IMG/VR virus record: IMGVR_UViG_3300010389_000007
Span: 20,835 to 84,834 of that record
Length of the DNA stretch: 64,000 nt
Source: a virus
Reading direction: 5' to 3' (one strand)
Shown here: piece by piece, positions 59,449-64,000 of the stretch
How positions within the stretch are numbered: the first letter of the stretch is position 1
How the letters are laid out: the number at the start of each line of letters is the position of its first letter
Made by a program: the position numbers and the translations under genes
Notes under the pieces: model-generated
Told to the model about the DNA's origin: nothing
Databases searched by the model: none
Seen by the model: the letters and a program-made list of their open reading frames with translations, nothing else

Positions 59449-59475
59449 AAAAAAAAGGGGGATGTCAATCCCCCT
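59449..59475 (-). terminator. Rho-independent terminator of the DUF4278 operon
   Basis: AGGGGGA-TTGACA-TCCCCCT followed by a T-run on the minus strand. Confidence 0.75.
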
Positions 59476-59620
59476 CAAAGTTAAAAAGTTTTTCAAACCA
59501 TTCATCTAAATGAATTATATAGCATGACCAATATTTACATCCTCTGTATGTTAATTGATAACACGCAGGAGGTCTGTTATCTTTATCCATATCATCATAG
59601 TGATATGTGTAATGCTCCAT
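59465..59620 (-). CDS. Small YRG-motif hypothetical protein
   Basis: YQLTYRGCKYW. Confidence 0.65.
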   Translation of the reverse strand: MEHYTYHYDDMDKDNRPPACYQLTYRGCKYWSCYIIHLDEWFEKLFNFEGD

Positions 59621-59739
59621 TACTTCACCTTTGCTGGACAGTGACCTGCCATACAAAGTTGTGCATTGTGAAGTTTAGTTTCCTTAACTTGCTTTGCCTT
59701 GATGACAGAAAGCCAGTTAGATGCAACTACTTTCTTCAT
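59620..59739 (-). CDS. Small hypothetical protein (39 aa)
   Basis: Manual translation MKKVVASNWLSVIKAKQVKETKLHNAQLCMAGHCPAKVK; stop/start overlaps on both sides. Confidence 0.6.
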   Translation of the reverse strand: MKKVVASNWLSVIKAKQVKETKLHNAQLCMAGHCPAKVK

Positions 59740-59882
59740 TTGATAACCTCCACTTTTTCTTCATGCTTGCAACCACGATAGGTCTCAAGAATGGTGTGGG
59801 TCTCAACTTCCTTCTTAGCATGGGGATCATAAGAGATACCACGATAAGAAGTATTGTTGCTGTAAAGGTTAAGAAGATTCAT
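59736..59882 (-). CDS. DUF4278-family small protein
   Basis: Two YRG motifs; AGGAG RBS; downstream of glutamine riboswitch. Confidence 0.75.
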   Translation of the reverse strand: MNLLNLYSNNTSYRGISYDPHAKKEVETHTILETYRGCKHEEKVEVIK

Positions 59883-59918
59883 CGTTTTACTCCTAAAGAA
59901 ATGAGATGTGTTAAGATC

Positions 59919-60015
59919 CCGTTCCTTCAGTCTTTTGCGTTCTCCATTTGCTATTTGCAAATAGAGAATGAACGATCCGTTCCGAGACTTACTTGCGTCC
60001 CATAGGGATGAACGT
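59919..60015 (-). ncRNA. Tandem glutamine riboswitch (glnA / downstream-peptide class)
   Basis: Two units CGTTCAT-hairpin-ACGCAA...GGAACG between a TTGCAT-17-TATAAT promoter and DUF4278. Confidence 0.85.
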
Positions 60016-60058
60016 ATGGTCATTATAGACCTAGCAAACTATCTATGCAACTAATTTT

Positions 60059-60072
60059 GTAAAATGTGATAC
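60059..60072. promoter_or_regulatory. NtcA-type box
   Basis: T-GTA-N8-TAC-A in AT-rich flanks, 8 bp upstream of the riboswitch promoter -35. Confidence 0.6.
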
Positions 60073-60086
60073 AATTTTATTATGTT

Positions 60087-60206
60087 TTAATCTTTCTTCT
60101 CTACAAATCCTCTGAAAGTGTTTGTCTGATCCCATACCCAAACAGTTTCCTTACCATCTTTATCAATAACTGAGTAATGAGGTCTAGTCTCTTTGTCTCC
60201 AGTCAT
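60087..60206 (-). CDS. Small hypothetical protein (39 aa)
   Basis: MTGDKETRPHYSVIDKDGKETVWVWDQ. Confidence 0.45.
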   Translation of the reverse strand: MTGDKETRPHYSVIDKDGKETVWVWDQTNTFRGFVEKKD

Positions 60207-60501
60207 CTGGTTTGTCTTGTTTGAACCAATCTGCGATTTCATCAGCACTACCAAATCCTGTTCTGTGATTAGATGGGTCAGGATCACCTAAACCCATCTT
60301 GTTCATAAAATCATCCATGCTTCCTTCTACCATCTCAGGATTAGAAGCTTGTCTCCTTGCCCTATTGAGCATTTCCCTGGCAGATGTATTTGCCTTGCCC
60401 AACTTCTCTGCCCAGATCATATCATCTAACTTTACTTCTTCACCATTCACAATGCACTTGCAAATAAATTCTAATCTGAGCCTATATTTCGTAGACAACA
60501 T
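60184..60501 (-). CDS. Conserved cyanophage hypothetical protein
   Basis: MLSTKYRLRLEFIC...DMIWA.KL...GLGDPDPSNH...DWRQRD. Confidence 0.85.
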   Translation of the reverse strand: MLSTKYRLRLEFICKCIVNGEEVKLDDMIWAEKLGKANTSAREMLNRARRQASNPEMVEGSMDDFMNKMGLGDPDPSNHRTGFGSADEIADWFKQDKPDDWRQRD

Positions 60502-60530
60502 ATTGTCTCTCCTTATATGACCTATTTATT

Positions 60531-60857
60531 TTACCTCTCGATATAACTGAGGGTATGATTATCAGATTTTAATTGATGAATGATAATGTCACACCCAATT
60601 TTTGGATTGGATTCTCCACATGTGAAGATATCCACAGCTGCTTCACCTTTCTCTGGCCAAGTGTGGATGCTAATATGACTTTCAGAAAGAAGACTTATAG
60701 CAGTTACTCCTTGTGGATCAAACTTGTATGAAATGGTTTCTAAAACTTTTGCTCCACTTGATTCAGCAGCAATCTCTAAAAGATCTCTGAGAAAAGTTTC
60801 ATTATTTAAACAATCAAAATCACAACCATAAAGGTTTAGCAAATAGTGTTTTCCCAT
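60531..60857 (-). CDS. speD: S-adenosylmethionine decarboxylase proenzyme
   Basis: GKH, F.PQGVT, LSESHISIHTWPE, DIFTCG. Confidence 0.95.
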   Translation of the reverse strand: MGKHYLLNLYGCDFDCLNNETFLRDLLEIAAESSGAKVLETISYKFDPQGVTAISLLSESHISIHTWPEKGEAAVDIFTCGESNPKIGCDIIIHQLKSDNHTLSYIER

Positions 60858-60858
60858 T

Positions 60859-61107
60859 TCACTTCTTCTTTTTTTGATTTGGATTAGACCAAACTTTAGG
60901 GTTTGCTCTCCCCTCAGATTGAGTCATTCTAATTAAGTCTTCCCTATAGTTGTCCCAGTAGTAATCAAAAATTTCTACTCTTTTAGATGCCACAACAATA
61001 TCAAAATGTGTCATACCATCTTGAAGATATTCAACTAGGTATGCAGTATGTGGCAGAGTTCTATCATCTGCCAATGATGGATCACAATCTCTATAAATGA
61101 TTTTCAC
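60859..61107 (-). CDS. Conserved cyanophage hypothetical protein
   Basis: DRTLP..AYLV.Y...IFDYYWD.Y...GRANPK.W. Confidence 0.8.
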   Translation of the reverse strand: MKIIYRDCDPSLADDRTLPHTAYLVEYLQDGMTHFDIVVASKRVEIFDYYWDNYREDLIRMTQSEGRANPKVWSNPNQKKKK

Positions 61108-61111
61108 AATT

Positions 61112-61546
61112 TTAATTAAATACTAAATTTGGGAATGCATCCTGAACAACTGCTTTTGTAATCTTATATCTTTTGTGAAGTTGCTTGTCCTTCATGTGAC
61201 ACAATAGTTCTGCTTCAGATGCATGAAGAGACTCCAGGAGTTGGATAAACATCATCTCCTTCTTCATCTTTGTGGTGTTAGTGACACCTTTAACAAAGTG
61301 ATTAAACTTTCTCCATTCATGAATCAGCTTAGAGTGCTCAGTTCCAACTGGGGCATCATTAGCTGTGTATGGAACTTCTCCATCTGGAAGATCAGATTGG
61401 ACTCTTGAATCAAAGTTCCAAGTGAGAACTGCTCTTAGAGCAGGACTGTCATAGTGTCTTAAAATTGTAATCTTTTCATCTCTATTCTTTGCATTAGAGA
61501 CTCTTTGAATAACTTCAGACACCAGTTGATCTGGTGGCAATTTCAT
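61112..61546 (-). CDS. Conserved T4-like hypothetical protein
   Basis: LP.GEVPY...E.MFIQLLESLH..EA.LL...KDK.L. Confidence 0.8.
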   Translation of the reverse strand: MKLPPDQLVSEVIQRVSNAKNRDEKITILRHYDSPALRAVLTWNFDSRVQSDLPDGEVPYTANDAPVGTEHSKLIHEWRKFNHFVKGVTNTTKMKKEMMFIQLLESLHASEAELLCHMKDKQLHKRYKITKAVVQDAFPNLVFN

Positions 61547-61564
61547 AAATCATTCTCCATTTAA

Positions 61565-61780
61565 TTAATCTTCAGGTTCTTCATCATCCATATCACCTTC
61601 AAATCTAAAGGCAATTATTTCATCTGGGATTACGTTTCCATCTTCATCATACATTTCAGGATGCAACTTAGCAACTTGTTGTGCCCAGGTGTGTTCTCTA
61701 TAGATCCACCCAGCTAAACTTCCAACAACTAATGACATCAACGCAAACATTACAGAAAAAACAAGAGTGATTGCTATCAT
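61565..61780 (-). CDS. Small membrane protein
   Basis: TM helix then HPEMYDEDGN..PDEI.A.RFE. Confidence 0.75.
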   Translation of the reverse strand: MIAITLVFSVMFALMSLVVGSLAGWIYREHTWAQQVAKLHPEMYDEDGNVIPDEIIAFRFEGDMDDEEPED

Positions 61781-61793
61781 TGTCCTACTCCTT

Positions 61794-61973
61794 TTATTGA
61801 GACTTCCTTATATCAAAGGAAAAATTTAAGGAGATGGTCACTTCTCTTTTTAGGAAGGAAACCATCTTATCAAAACAGAATGAAAAAGTTTTCTTTCTGG
61901 GTTTCCTCCTTCTCAAAATAAGTTCAACTCCTCTGTTCATTTCAGAGGGATCTGGATTATTTATAGAGGTCAT
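61794..61973 (-). CDS. Conserved cyanophage hypothetical protein
   Basis: NRGVELILR...KRE. Confidence 0.6.
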   Translation of the reverse strand: MTSINNPDPSEMNRGVELILRRRKPRKKTFSFCFDKMVSFLKREVTISLNFSFDIRKSQ

Positions 61974-62218
61974 AGAAGAGAATTTTCTGCAAGATACTTT
62001 ACAGTATCTGTACATCCTCCTAACTTAGTTGTTCCCATAATGACTTGTGGGAATGTGGATCCTTTTCCAAACTCTGCATAGAACTCTTCTCTGGTAAAAT
62101 CAGTTCCAAGTTCATATGCAACTGCTGGATATCCTTTTTTAATACTTAGATCCCCCAATATTGTTTTAATCTTATCACAATATGGGCAACCTTGTTTACT
62201 GTAAATTGTGAAATTCAT
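61970..62218 (-). CDS. nrdC: Glutaredoxin
   Basis: GCPYC, STFPQV, GGCTD. Confidence 0.92.
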   Translation of the reverse strand: MNFTIYSKQGCPYCDKIKTILGDLSIKKGYPAVAYELGTDFTREEFYAEFGKGSTFPQVIMGTTKLGGCTDTVKYLAENSLL

Positions 62219-62222
62219 AGGT

Positions 62223-63479
62223 TTAAATTCTAACTGGATGTGGTCTACGTTTGTCTGATTTAATTGCACATAACCATGCAGTTGTTACTGCAATATTATC
62301 TTGCCACCAATTAGTTTCAAGTCTAAATTCTTGAAATCTAATATCAGTGTTTCTAATAAATTGTGCTTTGTCTCTCCTGGTGTAATACCAGAAACTATTC
62401 TCATTCCAAAAACTAACATGGGTTGGATCTTGCCATGCTCCTCTACCATCAGTAGAAGGAACTTCAATAAATGCCCAACCACCATCACAAAGAACTCTAT
62501 GGATCTCTTTCATTGATTTGATTGGATCCTTAAGGTGCTCAAGAACATGGCTAGCATTGATAACACCAACACTATTATCCTCTAGAGGAATGCCATCATT
62601 CAAATCACAAATAATATCAGCATCACACTGATCAATTGTTATATATCCAGGTCTTGGGAACAACCCTCCACCAATATCAACTTTCATCAGACCATTAAGA
62701 TCTGCATCCCTCTCAGCAAGTGCTTGTCCATATTGATGGAACAACTCAAAAGTCTTGATTTGAATGTTATCAATCCTTTGAGTTTGTGTATTGTTGTTGT
62801 CAGGAAGCCATCTATAGTAATAAAGAATCTTATCAATAAAGTGAAACTTAGTATTCAAATAAGATCTGATGACTAGTTCATGGTCATCACAGATATTTAA
62901 TTCAGGATTGTGCCCACCAATTTCATGGTAGAAACTGGTTCTCCATGCCCTCACATGATCTGGAGCATACCAGATAATACCAATACTATGAGCAGTTGCA
63001 GGGAAACTATTAATTTTCATAAAAGTTTCTCCCCTGAACTCAACCCATTCATTGGTCCATCCATTATCAGCATTCCAGGGGATCTTATATTGATCTCCCC
63101 TCATGTCATACTGAACCTCCTCACTAAAAGCAAAACCAACTTCAGGATCTTGGAACGCTTGATTGAGTTCCTCAAGACAATCTAATGTGAGTAGGTCATC
63201 ATGATCCACCTCAACAAGAACATCTCCCCTGCCTAAGAAGAAAGCTTTGTTCTTAATGAATCCAACATTTGGGTTTGTAATTCCAGTGTGAATTCTAACC
63301 CTATCATCATCTTTAATTTCTTGAGGGATATGATGTGGTTTACAATCACCATTCAAATACAAAACCCACTCCCAATTAGAGTAGGTCTGATCTCTGATTG
63401 TTTCATATAGTTCTAAAAGAAAGGGCATGTTCTTAGAACTATGCTCTGGTGTAATGATACTAAACTTGTGATTAATCAT
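62223..63479 (-). CDS. GT2 glycosyltransferase fused to class I SAM methyltransferase
   Basis: FSIITP.H, QTY.NWEW, VDHDD, CDD.EL; then DIGGG, HVLEH, EIHRVL..GG, DPTH. Confidence 0.85.
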   Translation of the reverse strand: MINHKFSIITPEHSSKNMPFLLELYETIRDQTYSNWEWVLYLNGDCKPHHIPQEIKDDDRVRIHTGITNPNVGFIKNKAFFLGRGDVLVEVDHDDLLTLDCLEELNQAFQDPEVGFAFSEEVQYDMRGDQYKIPWNADNGWTNEWVEFRGETFMKINSFPATAHSIGIIWYAPDHVRAWRTSFYHEIGGHNPELNICDDHELVIRSYLNTKFHFIDKILYYYRWLPDNNNTQTQRIDNIQIKTFELFHQYGQALAERDADLNGLMKVDIGGGLFPRPGYITIDQCDADIICDLNDGIPLEDNSVGVINASHVLEHLKDPIKSMKEIHRVLCDGGWAFIEVPSTDGRGAWQDPTHVSFWNENSFWYYTRRDKAQFIRNTDIRFQEFRLETNWWQDNIAVTTAWLCAIKSDKRRPHPVRI

Positions 63480-63480
63480 A

Positions 63481-63979
63481 TCAATCAAAAAAGAAAATGT
63501 GAAATAGTCTTGAGTCTTCTATGGTTTGTCCAAAGTATTCTGATGCAGCATGGATTTGTTTTGCATCAAATAATATTAGTCTGTTGAAAATATTTCCAAC
63601 AACATCTACCAGTCTAAATTTTGTACTGTCATAAAATCCACCAGAGAATGCTTGATCTGAATTAGGATCTGATTCTTGTCTTGCTCCACCCTCATGAGCA
63701 TAGAAAGAAGTACCACATTGGTAAGGAGCATTGGGTGTTAAGTATACCATACCTGCCCAAGTTTGTCCATCCCAATGATAAACTAAAGAATCTTGTGGAG
63801 TGCAGTATTGAAATCTACCACACATTCCATGAGACTCCCACTCAGTAATCTTATGTCCCATTATATTTTCAATTTCTCTTTTTGTACCAGGGACAAAATG
63901 CTGCTCTACAGTTCTTCTTCCCTTGTACCATTCTGATTGATCTTCATATTGTTGCTGCATAGCATATTCTCTTACAGCA
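63481..63979 (-). CDS. 2OG-Fe(II) oxygenase-like protein (5' truncated)
   Basis: HWD...WAGMVYL...GTSFY...NRLILFD...HAAS...R. Confidence 0.75.
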
Positions 63980-64000
63980 CTGTCTCTTATACACATCTCC
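63980..64000 (+). other. Nextera/Tn5 mosaic-end adapter (sequencing artefact)
   Basis: Exact CTGTCTCTTATACACATCT followed by CC. Confidence 0.97.

Noticed and set aside
59883-60023. 95-aa N-terminally extended DUF4278 ORF
   Set aside because: The extension runs through the riboswitch; the RBS supports the ATG at 59882.
63980-63998. Tn5/IS50 transposon end
   Set aside because: Matches the synthetic mosaic end at the contig terminus; no transposase present.

Overview
A 64 kb segment of a T4-like cyanomyovirus (Kyanoviridae-type cyanophage) genome, AT-rich and mostly coded on the minus strand. From left to right: small early ORFs and a cluster of 6 tRNAs; an NDP-sugar dehydratase; a MoxR/CobS-like AAA+ ATPase with a HEXXH/vWA partner; a ~30 kb tail-fibre/appendage region (a 2949-aa fibre with A-x-x repeats, G-X-Q collagen and an S74 chaperone, a second collagen fibre, paralogous fibre-base and adaptor genes, three small tip paralogues); tRNA-Leu(UAA); the baseplate block (split gp5, CP12, gp27-like, two muralytic hub/tape-measure-like proteins, gp51, gp26, tail tube, gp4, gp2, gp48, gp53); the replication/AMG block (gp32, gp59, gp33, exonuclease, phoH, thyX, DUF4278 behind a tandem glutamine riboswitch, speD, glutaredoxin, GT2-methyltransferase, 2OG oxygenase). 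The window ends in a Nextera adapter. Most notable: (1) a probable -1 frameshift fusing gp26 to gp51; (2) fibre genes that appear to be linked by three recurring pairs of C-terminal/N-terminal motifs, including an unannotated 57-aa ORF consisting only of one such motif; (3) extreme CpG depletion; (4) a tandem glutamine riboswitch whose two aptamers seem to cross-pair, with an NtcA box upstream; (5) an alpha/beta-hydrolase domain inserted in a coiled-coil late protein. All calls are by eye, with no database searches.
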